From: Macrostomum lignano
Lineage: Eukaryota
Assembly (NCBI GenBank): GCA_002269645.1
Contig: NIVC01000227.1
Coordinates: 372,001 to 436,000, forward strand
DNA: 64,000 bases
Reading direction: 5' to 3'
Made by a program: the position numbers and the translations under genes. The notes beneath the pieces were generated by a model. The model had not been told where the DNA came from. It worked only from the letters and a program-made list of their open reading frames with translations, and made no database searches. Shown piece by piece: positions 36,822 to 50,373 of the stretch (position 1 is its first letter; each line of letters starts with the position of its first letter).

Positions 36822-39376
36822 CCCTAGATGAAGTTCTGTTTACTCATTCTTGGCAGATCTGTTCTTACTTAAATTTCTAAGCAGATCTGTGAATTTTGGT
36901 TAACACATTCTTAACAGATCTGTTCTTACTTAAATCTCTTAGCAGATCTGTATCTGCTTTTGTCTTACAAGATCTTACAAATCTTTGCAAGCCATTTTTT
37001 ATTGTTTGGTACGTAGAAAACATTCGTGATTTTTAGAAAATACTTATTAGGTAAAGAGAAAACAAAATTTTCAACTGTATATCAGAAAAAAAGACTTTCG
37101 TATATTTTCACATTTCTCTGCTGGATCTTGTCAGATCAGTTCTTGCAGATCTGTACAGACCAGTTTTGAAAAGTGTCTGAATTGTTTTTTTCCACAAAAT
37201 ATTTAACATAATAGTAATTACGTTTTTTTTAATGATTTGTATTTATTTTAGTTGTTCTTCTGGCAGCCAACAGTAAATGAATTTGTTTAAATATTCTTTC
37301 CGCAGTTCTGAACATAGTGGACCCTTATAGTTTGAATTCTCGCTCTTGCAATTTATCCATCCATCTCAGTTCTTTCTTTCGACTTAGCCGAACAAGTAAT
37401 TTTTAATTCCTTAAATTGTTTCATAGTGTAGTATCACTATTTTTTACTTTTTTAGCCATAATAACTTTTTTGATTGAGTATAGCATGGCTTTAAATGAAG
37501 AGCAGATTGCGTCATGAATTAAAAAAATTTGACATAATTGACAGACTGACTATAAAATGTATGCTATATATATATCTATATCATATATATATCTAGGCTT
37601 GTCTCCTACTCCCAGGCCTATAAGTATGAGTAGGCCTAGGCCTATGACTTTGTTCTATGCTTTAATAGAAACAGAATGCATGTCTAGACCTAGTGATGTT
37701 GTCCATTAATAATTCATTAATTCATTAATAATTCAGAAATTCAGTTACCTACATAGATCAGTATTTTTTGTAGTCTTTTGCATTTCATTATATTATATTT
37801 ATATATACATACCTAGTTCTAGCCCCTAGGCTAGGGCTAGGCTAGTTCTAGTGACCCAGCTAGTAAGTAAATCTTAATAATAATTAAATAGGTCGATTCT
37901 GTTTTTTGTTTGTTTTATATATGCTTATCTAGATTTATAAATAGGTAGACTGACATATCTGTAAAACTTGGTTTTAATCCCTCCTTGATTTTAAACACTT
38001 AGGTTAAGAGTGTAATGTCTATTTTTAGTAAATAGTGTTATAACTAGGCTTATCATTTTAATTTTAAAATAAAATAGGCCCTACTCTACTAAAATTTTAA
38101 TTGCTATATAGGGTATAGTTTTTATGAATTAAAATTAAACCTAGATGCTTAAATATAGGCTTATGGTTGTTAGAAAGTTATCTTAAGCCTTGACCTACTA
38201 TTTGAAGAATATAGATAGGCATAGCAAAATCTAAAAGTATTTATACTAAATAGGCCTAGATGAATAATATGAAAAATATAGAATAGAAGAAAAACAGGTC
38301 TAAATTTAATTAGACCAAAGAACTTTTACAAAAGTTATTACTCTAACTATTTAAAAACATAACAACGATATTCGTTTTATATTTTAGTTATTTTGAATTG
38401 AATATTAATGTTTAAAATCCCAGAACTTTACTACAATTTTCCTTTTCATTGCAGCTACTTTACATGGTCAATATGGCATCGCTACTTATGGGTTCCAAGC
38501 TTGTCTTTATACCAAGTGGCAAAGTGGCAAGCATCCTATGATTGCTAAAAGAAAAAATGAAGCCAGCCTAAAGTAAAAATGCAACATAATAAAGAGCCCT
38601 AAAGTATTACTAAGAGCTCTTATAGACCTACTTTTATTGATAACAAAGTAAGCTTTCTAGCAATATTGACTTTAAAATCTTTCAGTACTGGACTCTTTCA
38701 GTTTCAATTATTTGCAAACCAATTTAATTGTACATTGCAGTAAAAGATGCACCTGGTTTTTTTCAAATGTTTCTGCTTCTATTTTTTAGTTGCTAAAAGT
38801 ATTGCTCACCCTAATTTCATTAGTCCATTGTACCATTAGTATTTTTTCTATTGAGTGTGTGCTTAACTTTTGTTTTGAAGTTGACTTATTTTTTGCTTGT
38901 GCTATTTCCCTTGTGCATACAAGTTTTATTTCATGAGCATATATGTGTATTTGTTTACATTTTCACAAATAAATATGTCTACTTTATTTTGATTGTTCAA
39001 TGACATTTGCTTTTGTTCTGGCAGCTTACTAGCACAATACTAAAAGTGCAGAATCAAATAAGAAAGTCCTGTCATAACCCGTGTTCTTTATTGGAATTAA
39101 ATTAGTGCATTGGGGTTTTATAAATGGATTACTAAACAGATCTGGGAAGATTTGATAAGACGGACAATGCATTCAATTGGTAAAGCTTAATACATCTTAC
39201 AAGATCTGCCCAGATCTCCTAAGATCTGCTCGTGCAGACCGTGCAAGATCTTCCTGCAGATCTTGTAAGTTCTGCCTATATATTTAAATAGTGCAGATCT
39301 GTTACGTTCTTGCAAGAACGTAGCGAGAAGCTCCAGACAGATCTGCTAAGAAATGGCATGACGATTTCATCTAGGG
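36822..39376. mobile_element. Non-autonomous TIR element with CCC...GGG ends (CMC/EnSpm-like)
   Basis: TIR CCCTAGATGAA at both ends, many GCAGATCTG subterminal repeats at both ends and AA on both flanks (possible 2-bp TSD). The interior is AT-rich and CpG-poor. Superfamily assignment is tentative. Confidence 0.7.
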
Positions 39377-42300
39377 AACCTTCTCAAATTTCGAATATTT
39401 TATCTGCCCTTGTATATCTATTCGCATAGGCTGTAATTTAATTCAAGGCTGACCTATTTATCATAGCCGAGATTTATTAATGGCGATCCTTTAGTCCAAG
39501 ATTTTATTAAAATCTGCAATTTATACCGATGGTAGTCGTCCCTTGAACAACTGTTCCGTTCCACTGAACTCCGAGCGCGCTTACACAGGGCGTATAATGG
39601 CCCTGACTCTCTCTCATCGTCAGGAGACGTAGAATCTCTGCTTTGAGGTTGGCCCTCATTTTCTTTAAAACTATTTCAAATGTTTGCGATCTGAACAAAG
39701 ACCTGAGATTGACACAAACAACAGCAATACAAGCTGGTATAAAAACGACTCAAGAAGAATATGATAGCAGAGTCACAAAGGCGCTGAAGCCAGTGAGCAG
39801 TCGACGAAATTAACGCACCTGCATGTCCAGCTTGCCGGTAAGGTGCTTGCAGCGCCATGCAGGCAACAGTGCGACGTTCTCTCGACAAACTGCATGAAAT
39901 AACGTACATGTACACCACCCCGGGGGACAAAGCCAAGAATTTGTACATGACTGAATTCCTACATGTACATTATTTTCAGAATAGGTGTTGTCAGCGCTCA
40001 TTTTAGCGCCGCAGGTAGTCATTTTAGCGCTGCAGGCACTCATTTTAGCGCCGCAGGCACTCATTTTAGCGAAGTCATTTTAGTGCCTTCGCCTTCAGCT
40101 CTTTGCAAGACTTGAGCAATAGCAATTGACTTTATCAATTAATGGACAATATTTTGACTTTTACTGACACATATTCGTCAAAATTTATCAATTAATAAAT
40201 ACACGTGTACCAATCGTTTGTATTTCCGTATTGTCAGTGATATACGACGTGCACGGACTACTTAATTGTCGTTTATATAGTAGTCCGTATGTATGTGTAA
40301 TTGTATTTTATTGTATGCTCACCTGCACCCCAGCCACCCCGTCTCCCAATCAACTACGTTGCTATTGCTATCGATTTCTTAGCCCCCCGATCGCATCTCG
40401 CTTGACTAATGCATACTATATATGCTTTCTGATACTTTTGACAAACACAGGTTTTCTCTCGATCGCACATTCATTACACTTATGAGCCTGAATATGTCTG
40501 ACCCAAGGCGAAATTCATGTCGCTAATCTTATGTGAGTGCTAACTTTCATGTTCTTATTTCTTTTAATCATGCGTTTTTCAAACGTTATCGATGCCACGA
40601 AATGGCGGTAATTTACTTTATAATTTCTTTCTAAGAAAAGGTTATTCGATTTCTAAAAACTGTATATTTAATTTATACTGTGACGCGAGGCATTAGGATT
40701 TGTCCAGAAAGGTATTATTTTAATGATAGATACATATTCGGTTTTAATCTATAACGGGTAACAAGTTAAGTTAGAAATCTAGAACTTAACTTTAGTTTAG
40801 TAGATTGAGTTAGTGGGTTTTTCATTAAAGCGTACAAGTGCAAGCAGAAGTATTTTGGTACCTAAATTTCATTCGTGACTCGTGAGGAACTTTTTATATG
40901 CTCTAAATTTTAGATTCTAGCTCTAAAGCTAGGATTATATGTTAGGAACTAGCATAAATTGTATAAACAATGCTTTTAATTATGCATTTATTAAACTGAT
41001 TATATGACAGGGCATTTTACACTATAAATATTAATACTGTTACTCTTGCCTTATGTAACAAGTTGTCCTTTCCCCGTACCGTATGCACTGTGCACCCTGC
41101 TGACTTAATTTGTTGCGCAGTCGCATTCTTTTCTCCAACTTGCTTAGTTTCCATATATTTGAATGTATTCTGGAATTGATTTTATTCCCGTGCGTGAATT
41201 ACGCTTTTAAGCCTCGCACGCTGTTTGCAAAACATCGCCAATGGTTATAAATACAGTAATGGTTTGAGCAGGAATCTTTAAGACTTTCTCCCCTCGGCTA
41301 AGTGAGCACAGCCGACAAGAATTGCCTACATGACTTTGTCACTCGTATTTCAAACGGCGACTTGGGTATTTACACTTATACCTGTAATATTTGAGCCCAA
41401 ATTTCATCAAGAGTGGCAGAATCTTGGATTTCAAGACTTTTATTATTCGATTTGTCTTGCAATTTAGTATTAAAAACCTTCAAAAGTCTGTTCCTTTCTT
41501 TTCTTAGATTTAGATCCTATTTTAAATTGGTCTAGGCCCTACTGCCCCTAGTAAAACATTATTTTTTTGATATAGTTGAGAACTTAATAAGTGCTAGATT
41601 TATTCCTAAAATTTTTGCTCTGTATATGTAGTTTTGCAAGTAGCTATGTTGTTATATATAGTTTTTGGAAATTTGAAATCATTTTTTTCTTTGTTAGAAA
41701 TCATATCTAGATATAGAACAACAATGCCAATGTAAATTTTAATTGGAAACATCAAAATATTATTCTCTTTTTATGTACCCTTAGATTTCTGCAAATATAC
41801 CTTGCTGAAAATTTTGTTTTCAATGAAAAATTTTGACTTTACAACTGTACCTATTTTCTATAAAAAGCAGAAAATTTTGTTTTCAATGAAAATTTTTGAC
41901 TTTACAACTGTACCTATTTTCTATAGAAAAGTTTAAGCTCCTATATTCCACAATTTTTTATAAAAAAAGTGACCCACTTTCTTAGTTAACAAACTAATTA
42001 ATGAATGAACTTTATGCTTGAAATAGCAATGTTTTAGCATATTCAAAAAATTCCTAGATTTAACTATCTCATGGAGATTCTTACTTAGGCAGGGTTGTTA
42101 TATGCAATTAAGATATTAGTTGTATTATTGGGCAGTTCTATAACCAGTTAAAAGCTTGTTACTAAGGTATCAAACATCTCTCCAAAGCCTAGGATTCCTG
42201 TAAGTACTAGGGCACCTTGCTTCTGGGGCTTACACATGAGGCCTTCTAAGCTTGAGTCTACTTCTACCTATAACTATAATCAATATTTAGGATTTTTTGT

Positions 42301-42782
42301 CTATAATGTTGTAATGATTTCATTAAAAATTTCTTCAATCTGCTTTAATCTTTTTCTAAACTAGAATTAAATGCCAAATCAGAGGAAATTAGAAGTTATA
42401 AAAGAAAAATTTAGATTTATACTAGTGAAAGTTGAATGTGCATTGTAGATAGAGGCAATTGTTCCTATGGTTGCCAATATAGAAGCAAGAAAATTTTGAA
42501 TATAACTGTACCCACAGAAAAAAGACCCTATATAGCATATTGGTTAATTGGTATATAATTTTTAAAAAGTTACACAGAAGACCCTATCTAATAAGCAGTG
42601 GTTAGCCTTACTATGCGTTATACTAAGCAAGCCTTACAAAAATTTATTTTATTTACTTATTGTTTTTAAAATACTGGCTGTAAATTGCAGTTTGATAGTT
42701 TAAACTGAATTGCTTATTTAGACCAATTTACCACAACATTGCATGCTTAAACGATTCAGACACACGCAGCCAAAATTCAACT

Positions 42783-45700
42783 ATGCCACTCATTTACCAA
42801 CTGGCATCTATAGGCCTGTTGCTGTCACTCATATCCCATGTGGCCCAGTCAGGCAGTCCAGATTCTCAACAGCTCAGCTCCCAATGCCAAGCGTGCAGCG
42901 CCATCGCTGCCGCATTCCAGCGAGGCCTGGAGCGAACCGCTCGGGACAACTTTGGCGGCGGCAACACCAACTGGGAGGAGACCCGGCTGGGCACCTATGC
43001 GCTCAGCGAGACCCGGCTGGTGGACATCACAGACCGGCTTTGCAAGGACAAGGACAATGAGATGAACGGTGTGACCTCTAGCGAGTGTCACGCTATGCTA
43101 GAGAAGATTGAAGAGGACATTGAGAAGTTCTGGTTTGGCGCTTTCAAGGTTGGTGAAAGTTCATTTCGGATTTGTGCCAAAGTTTTGAAGCGTTCGACAA
43201 TTTAAAAAACTTAAAGGTTTTCCCGGGGGTTTGTTCGGCAATTTCTAGTGTTGCCGTAGTTTTCTAGGACGTGAGAAATGTCTGGGACATTGAACTGTAT
43301 GAGGTAAGAAGTGTCCGGGATGTGGGAAATGCCTGGGATGTGGGAGCTATCTCAGGTTGAAGATGTCAGGGGTGTGGGTGTGGGAAATGCCTGAGATGTG
43401 GGAGCTCATCTCCCATGCTCCCACATCTCAACATCTCATGGGAGCTCATCTCAGGTTGAAGATGTCAGAGGTGTGGTAAATGTCTGGGGTATGGGAAATG
43501 TCTGGGGTATGGGAAATGTCTGGGGTGTGGGAAATGTCTGGGGTGTGGGAAATGTCTGGGGTATGGGAAATATCTGAGGTGTGGGAACTATCGGGTGTAA
43601 AAAATGTCTGAGATGTAAGAAATTTCGTGGAATGGAGTGTCTCGGGATTTAAGAAATGTCTTATATTTGAAAATGTTAGTAAGCATTGGATGTGATAAAA
43701 AATACAGAAATTTTAAATCAAAATCTTTGAGGATATAAACTTGACAGACTTTTTGTCGGTTACCTAAAGCTGATTTATCATCAGCCTCTTCTTTTATTGA
43801 ATTACAAAAAATCAAAACACTCGGGCATCTCTCCCGCAGGCCAACCCGACCTCTGCCAGCCTGCGCGATTCTGTCTGCGTCAACGGCACCGCCGCCTGCT
43901 GCGCCTACGGCCGCTGGGACCGGAGTGCGCGCCCTGCCCCGACTGCTCCGGCGGCCGCGGCGACTGCAATGGGAACGGGACTCGGACCGGTGAGCTGGGA
44001 CTGTGTCCGTTGTAGATTGTCTGTGTCCATTTTAGATTGTCTGTGTCCGTTGTAGATCGTCTGTGTCCGTTGTAGATTGTCTGTGTCCGTTGTTAGAGTA
44101 TCTGTGTCCGTTGTTAGAATATCTGTGTCCGTTGTAGATTGTCTGTGTCCATTTTAGATTGTCTGTGTCCGTTGTAGATCGTCTGTGTCCGTTGTAGACG
44201 GATTGTAGACGGTAGATTGTCTGTGTCCGTTGTTAGAGTATCTGTGTCCGTTGTTAGAATATCTGTGTCCGTTGTAGATTGTCTGTGTCCGTTGTTAGAC
44301 TATCTGTGTCCGTTGTAGATTGTCTGTGTCCATTGTAGATTGTCTGTGTCCGTTGTAGATTGTCTGTGTCCGTTGTTAGAGTATCTGTGTCCGTTGTTAG
44401 AATATCTGTGTCCGTTGTAGATTGTCTGTGTCCTTTGTAGATTGTCTGTGTCCATTATAGATTGTCTGTGTCCGTTCTTAGACATCTGTGTCCGTTGTAG
44501 ATTGTCTGTGTCCGTTGTAGATTCTCTGTGTCAGTTGTAGATTGTCTGTGTCCGTTGTAGATTGTCTGTGTCCGTTATAGATGTTTTGTGTCCTCTCCTT
44601 TTCTGAGTGTCTGTGTCCTCTCTGAGTGTGTCTATGACTACTTCGAGTTTGTCTGTCCGTTCTGAGTGTGCCTGTTTTCTCTGAGTCTGTCTGTGTCCAC
44701 TTTGAGTTTGTCTGTGTCTGCCCGGAGTTTGTTCATGTCTGTGTCCGTTTACAGATTGTTTCTGTCTGTACTGTAAACAGATTGGGCCTTTGCCCTCCAG
44801 TTGCAGCTAAACTGCTAAGTGCTAACCGTGACAGGTGTTTACCAGTGAAGCAAACTCCCTTATAATTCCTAACATCAGGCACTGGCGCATGCGACTGTCA
44901 CCCGGGCTACTCAGGTGCTCAGTGCTCAGACTGCTCAGCCAAATACTACCGCGCCAACGGCGAGAGCAACGGCGAATGCAAAGCCTGCAGCCCGGCTTGT
45001 CGAAGCGCCTGCACCGGTCCGCTGGCCACCCAGTGCGATCAGTGCGCCGACGGCTACGAGACAGTCCAGCAAGCTGACGGAGCCGCGTGTGTTGATATCG
45101 ACGAATGCCAGACCCGCAGTCCGTGCAGTGGGCCGAGGAGCTTCTGCGAGAACCTGCCCGGCAGCTACCGGTGCGGCGACTGTGACCGGGCCTGCTCCGC
45201 CTGCTCCGGACCCGGCCAGGCCGGCTGCACCGCCTGTTCGCCAGGATTCGAACCCGCGACCACCGGGTCCGGTTGTCAAGACGTGAACGAATGCAGCCCG
45301 GACAGTCCACACTGTACGGGGCCGTATGAGAGATGCGTTAACCTGCCAGGTGAGCCGTCCGACTCTGGATTCTATCTGTCCGACCTTGGATTCTATCTGT
45401 CCGACCTTGGATTCTATCTGTCCGACTCTAGATTCTATCTGTCCGACTCTGGATTGTATCTGTCCGACTCTAGATTCTATCTGTCCGACCTTGGATTCTA
45501 TCTGCCCGACCTTGGATTCTATCTGTCCGACCTTGGATTCTATCTGTCCGACTCTAGATTCTATCTGTCCGACCTTGGATTCTATCTGTCCGACCTTGGA
45601 TTCTATCTGTCCGACTCTAGATTCTATCTGTCCGACTCTGGATTCTATCTGTCCGACTCTAGATTCTATCTGTCCGACTCTGGATTCTATCTGTCCGACT

Positions 45701-46490
45701 CTAGATTCTATCTGTCCGACTCTGGATTCTATCTGTCCGACCTTGGATTCTATCTGTCTGACCCTGTATTTTATCTGTCCGACCTTGGATTCTATCTGTC
45801 CGACCTTGGATTCTATCTGTCTGACCCTGTATTTTATCTGTCCGACCCTGTATTCTATCTGTCCGACCTTGGATTCATTCCGTCGGACCTTGGATTCTAT
45901 CTGTCCGACCTTGGATTCTATCTGTCCGACCTTGGATTCTATCTGTCCGACCCTGTATTCTATCTGTCCGACCCTGTATTCTATCTGTCCGACCCTGTAT
46001 TCTATCTGTCCGACCCTGTATTCTATCTGTCTGACCCTAAATTCTATCTGTCCGACCTTGGATTCTATCTGTCCGACCCTGTATTCTATCTGTCCGATCT
46101 TACCTCAGACTTCATTCCTAGACTCATTTCTAGTCTCATCCCTGTTCCACAGGCAGCTACCGGTGCGACTGCCAGCCAGGCTACCAGCGCTCGGGCAGTC
46201 AATGCGTGCCAAAACCGGCAGCGTCAAGCAAGAAGTCGGCCAACTCAAAGCAGACTAAAAAAGGCCAGTCGGGCAATAAGAAAGGCAAGCCGCCTAAGCT
46301 GATCTGGACAGTGGCCTACACCATCGAGTTTGCTAAGTTTTTCGGCGCTATCGTTGGCCTGGCTGTGTTCGCTGTGGCGGTGAAGGGTCGGCCAGCGCCT
46401 GTGACAGTGGCCGCCTGCTTGGCTGGTTGGTATCTGTGCAAGCAGAGCTCTGTGCTGGATAGGGTCTACCTGCACGCCGGCAGGAGATAA
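42783..46490 (+). CDS. CRELD1: Cysteine-rich with EGF-like domains protein, membrane-anchored CRELD1-like, 4 exons (42783-43148, 43840-43989, 44879-45349, 46153-46490), with a 1-nt break at 43916-43918
   Basis: CQAC...GLERTARDNFGGGNTNWEETRLGTYALSETRLVDITDRLC is the CRELD N-terminal domain. It is followed by EGF, furin-like and cbEGF repeats (CVDIDEC, CQDVNEC) and C-terminal hydrophobic segments. All junctions are GT-AG. Confidence 0.88.
43310..43600. repeat. Intronic minisatellite, 18-bp unit TCTGGGGT(A/G)TGGGAAATG
   Basis: CRELD intron 1. Confidence 0.85.
44000..44590. repeat. Intronic minisatellite, 20/22-bp unit GTGTCCGTTGTAGATTGTCT
   Basis: CRELD intron 2. Confidence 0.95.
45356..46100. 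repeat. Intronic minisatellite, 21-bp unit GGATTCTATCTGTCCGACCTT
   Basis: CRELD intron 3. Confidence 0.95.
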
Positions 46491-46491
46491 C

Positions 46492-46945
46492 CTGTGCCCT
46501 TCATCTCACTGTGTCTGTTCTCCTCATCTCACTGTCTCTTCCCTTCATCTCACTGTGTCTCTTCCCTTCATCTCACCGTGTCTCTTCCCTTCATCTCACT
46601 GGACCTGTCTCCTTCATCTCACTGTGTCTCTTCCCTTCATCTCACCGTGTCTCTTCCCTTCATCTCACTGGGTCTGTTCTCCTCATCTCACTGTCTCTTC
46701 CCTTCATCTCACTGTGTCTCTTCCCTTCATCTCACTGTGTCTGTTCTCCTCACCTCAGTCTCTTCCCTTCATCTCACTGGGTCTGTTCCCTTCATCTCCC
46801 TGCGTCTCTTCCCTTCATCTCACTGTGTCTTTTCTCATCGTTCTGCGTCCCTTCCCTTCATCTCACTGTGTCTGTTCTCATCTCACTGTGTCTCTTCTCT
46901 TCTTCCCTTATTTAAGTCTCTCTTCCCTTCATCTCCCGGCGTCCT
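46492..46945. repeat. CT-rich minisatellite, ~23-bp unit CTCTTCCCTTCATCTCACTGTGT
   Basis: Starts immediately after the CRELD stop codon. Confidence 0.9.
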
Positions 46946-48379
46946 TCCCATTCATGTGTTGTTCCGTTAATACCACCGTGTTTAGTCTTTTTATCCATCC
47001 ACCTGTCTTTTCCTCTCACTGTTTCCGCACACTGCTTTTATTTATTCAATTCTTTCATTTTATTCAACACACAGAAATCATTTTAATTTAATGATTCTGT
47101 TCAATAGCGTATTCAGATCTTACAAAACTATACTTATAATGCGTACATCTTCTGTTAACGGCATCCCTCAGTCCTCATCAGCTGTCGAATTGTTGTTAAA
47201 CTAATCCTTTATTATTGCTCTTTAACAGAATATATAACTTAAGTTTGTGATGGATCAGACTGAAGTCAGGACAGAACTCACCACGCTTTACTCTTTGTGC
47301 GAAGTATTCGAATTTTTACGGCTTCTTAGTGCTCTTATTGAGTTTGATTTGCATCCATACTATGACTCATTACACTTAGCGAATCTTCATTTTATTATTG
47401 CTCCTTTTCTCGGTTAAGTACTATAGGTACTTTTCCCTATAATGCATGTACATTTGGCTTGCGTGTGTACAAACGTAGACAACTTTGTTTGTATGTAATA
47501 TGGATCAAATAAAGTGCGCATGTACTTTTGCAATAGTAAAGTACACGCGTACTTTTACGATGCGTATTTTGCCTGTACTACTCTTCAGTACGAGACTGAC
47601 TGGATAAAGGTCTGACTGGATTCCAGTCCAATAGTCTTATCTGTCAATCGTGTTTGTTAAAATAAGTTAAAAATATATAAGTGCACGAATCTGCTGAATC
47701 GTATCAGTAGATAAAAACATTCTCTCTTACGCACGCGTCTTTTTTGGTTACGGGTTGCATTACTTACTACTAATAACTTCTTCTTCAGTAGTAGTAAGTT
47801 TAATTACGCCTGTTTATTTTGTTGTTTCTGTTTTATTTTTAAAATACACACTGTTTACGTTTGACTGCAAACCACTTCTAGTCCTATTCGCTAGGCGCAA
47901 ATCTTTCTATTGATAAAATTATTAAAACCAAATCTGTAATGCTCTGTTTTCTTAATTGTTTTTGTGTGATAGAGATAGTTGTGCAAGTTGCATCTGATAT
48001 ATTTAGCGAGTAAAAATAACATTATTACCAACTTTGCTCACAATATTCATCTCTGCTAAGCAGCCGCTGGTTTAACATAAGCTGTGCGTCTTTCACAAGT
48101 AGTAGATATAAGTAACCAATATAAACATGTACTTTATATAGTTACACTGCTAACAGCTGCTCAGAAATAATCGCTAGAAATGGAAAAGATTTCACACGGT
48201 AAATTAAGACAATAGCAATGTTGCAGCTTAAACGAGAAAAGCACAGCCAAACCAAGACAGAAAAAAAGTTGAAACCGGAAAAATTGAATTCAAACCATAC
48301 GACGCGGATGTTTAAAATTGGTATAAAAATTTATACTCTGTTTTGCAAACTTTGCACACTTTATCAAAGTGTCTCCTGC

Positions 48380-48715
48380 TCCGATCCGATTGACTGCGGG
48401 GGACGAGTTTTTTTTCAATGTACATACAGCCCCGATTTGATTGGCTGCGGGGACTAGTTCGTCTTCAATGTACATTGCAGCCTCGTCCCCCCGGCCCCGA
48501 TTTGATTGGCTGCGGGGGACGAGTTCGTCTTCAATGTACATTGCAGCCTCGTCCCCCGGCCCCGATTTGATTGGCTGCGGGGGACGAGTTCGTCTTCAAT
48601 GTACATTGCAGCCTCGTCCCCCCGGCCCCGATTTGATTGGCTGCGGGGGACGAGTTCGTCTTCAATGTACATTGCAGTCCCGCCTCTCCTGACCCGATCT
48701 GATTGGCTATTAACT
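48380..48715. repeat. Tandem array of ~65-bp internally palindromic units
   Basis: Unit CCCGATTTGATTGGCTGCGGGGGACGAGTTCGTCTTCAATGTACATTGCAGCCTCGTCCCCCGGC, about 5 copies. Confidence 0.9.
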
Positions 48716-49299
48716 CAGAATCGAACAAACCTGGATAAAGCAAAAAAGCGCATAAATAAAAATCCGATCACCAGACAATAATGAATAGATAAGCAAAAAT
48801 TCATCAAACATATACCAACAGAATATACAAGACACTGTGACAGATTCCAATTATGAGTTATGACTTAGTGATTCTAAATGAAATTATTAGTGTAAAAACA
48901 CAGCCAAAATATTTTATAACAATAAAATTCACAACATTTGCGTGTTAGTCTAAGCTATCAGTAACTAAAGGGTACATTGAACACCTTAATTCACCGCGTG
49001 GAGATGATGAAGCTATATCATGACCAATGCGCACTGGACATGCGAGTTGCGTATTCAACTAACAACTAATAAAAAATTGGGAGCGTGTTGGTTAAATTTG
49101 GGATATTAAAATGCGCGAACCATAAAATTAATAGCTGATAAATAAAAACGGTGTTTAACAGTGCAACTATAGCTCTATTGTCTGCAGTCTATGCTGATAA
49201 ATGGTGCAGAACTTTGAAAATTTTAGCACAAAAAACTAATACCGGATGTGATAAACGAGGTGCTTCGACATGTAGCTTGAATTAGTGGCACTGTAAGTA

Positions 49300-50360
49300 G
49301 TAACTGGATCTGAGACCCTCTCTATGACAATGTCAATAATCAGATCTGACACTCTCTCTATGACTCTCAGCAACTGGATCTGACACCCTCTCTATGACAC
49401 TGTCAGCAACTGGATCTGACACCCTCTCTATGACACTCAGCAACTGGGTCTGAGACCCTCTCTATGACAATGTCAATAATCAGATCTGACACTCTCTCTA
49501 TGACTCTCAGCAACTGGATCTGACACCCTCTCTATGACACTGTCAGCAACTGGATCTGACACCCTCTCTATGACACTGTCAGCAACTGGGTCTGACACCC
49601 TCTCTATGACACTGTCAGCAACTGGATCTGACACCCTCTCTATGACACTCAGCAACTGGGTCTGAGACCCTCTCTATGACACTGTCAGCAACTGGGTCTG
49701 ACACCCTCTCTATGACACTGTCAGCAACTGGATCTAACACCCGGATCTAACACTCTCTCTATGACACTGTCAGCAACTGGATCTGACACCCTCTCTATGA
49801 CACTGTCAGCAACAGGATCTGACACCCTCTTTATGACACTGTCAGCAACTGGATCTGACACCCTCTCTAAGACACTGTCAGTAACTGGATCTGACACCCT
49901 CTATGACACTGTCAGCAACTGGATCTGACACCCTCTCTATGACACTGTCAGCAACTGGATCTGACACCCTCTCTATGACACTGTCAGTAACTGGATCTGA
50001 CACCCTCTCTATGACACTGTCAGTAACTGGATCTGACACCCTCTCTATGACACTGTCAGTAAATGGATCTGACACCCTCCCTATGACACTGTCAGCAACT
50101 GGATCTGACACCCTCTCTATGACACTGTCAGCAACAGGATCTGACACCCTCTCTATGACACTGTCAGCAACAGGATCTGACACCCTCTTTATGACACTGT
50201 CAGCAACTGGATCTGACACCCTCTCTATGACACTGTCAGTAACTGGATCTGACACCCTCTATGACACTGTCAGCAACTGGATCTGACACCCTCTATGACA
50301 CTGTCAGCAACTGGATCTGACACCCTCTATGACACTGTCAGCAACTGGATCTGACACTAG
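49300..50360. repeat. Minisatellite, 36-bp unit ACTGGATCTGACACCCTCTCTATGACACTGTCAGCA
   Basis: About 29 units. It abuts the stop codon of the minus-strand gene at 50374. Confidence 0.95.
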
Positions 50361-50373
50361 CCTACTCAGCAGA

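Noticed and set aside
41805-41930. Direct ~61-bp duplication in AT-rich DNA
   Set aside because: A simple local slippage duplicate with no further structure.
45283-46302. 339-aa ORF with FYLSDLG repeats
   Set aside because: It is read-through of CRELD exon 3 into a 21-bp intronic array. A canonical donor at 45350 and acceptor at 46152 restore the EGF domain.
48380-48715. CRISPR-like appearance of palindromic repeats
   Set aside because: The units are contiguous with no unique spacers, there are no cas genes and the context is eukaryotic.
49878-50286. ORFs (SVIERVSDPVAD)n and (MTLSATGSDTLS)n
   Set aside because: They are translations of the 36-bp minisatellite.
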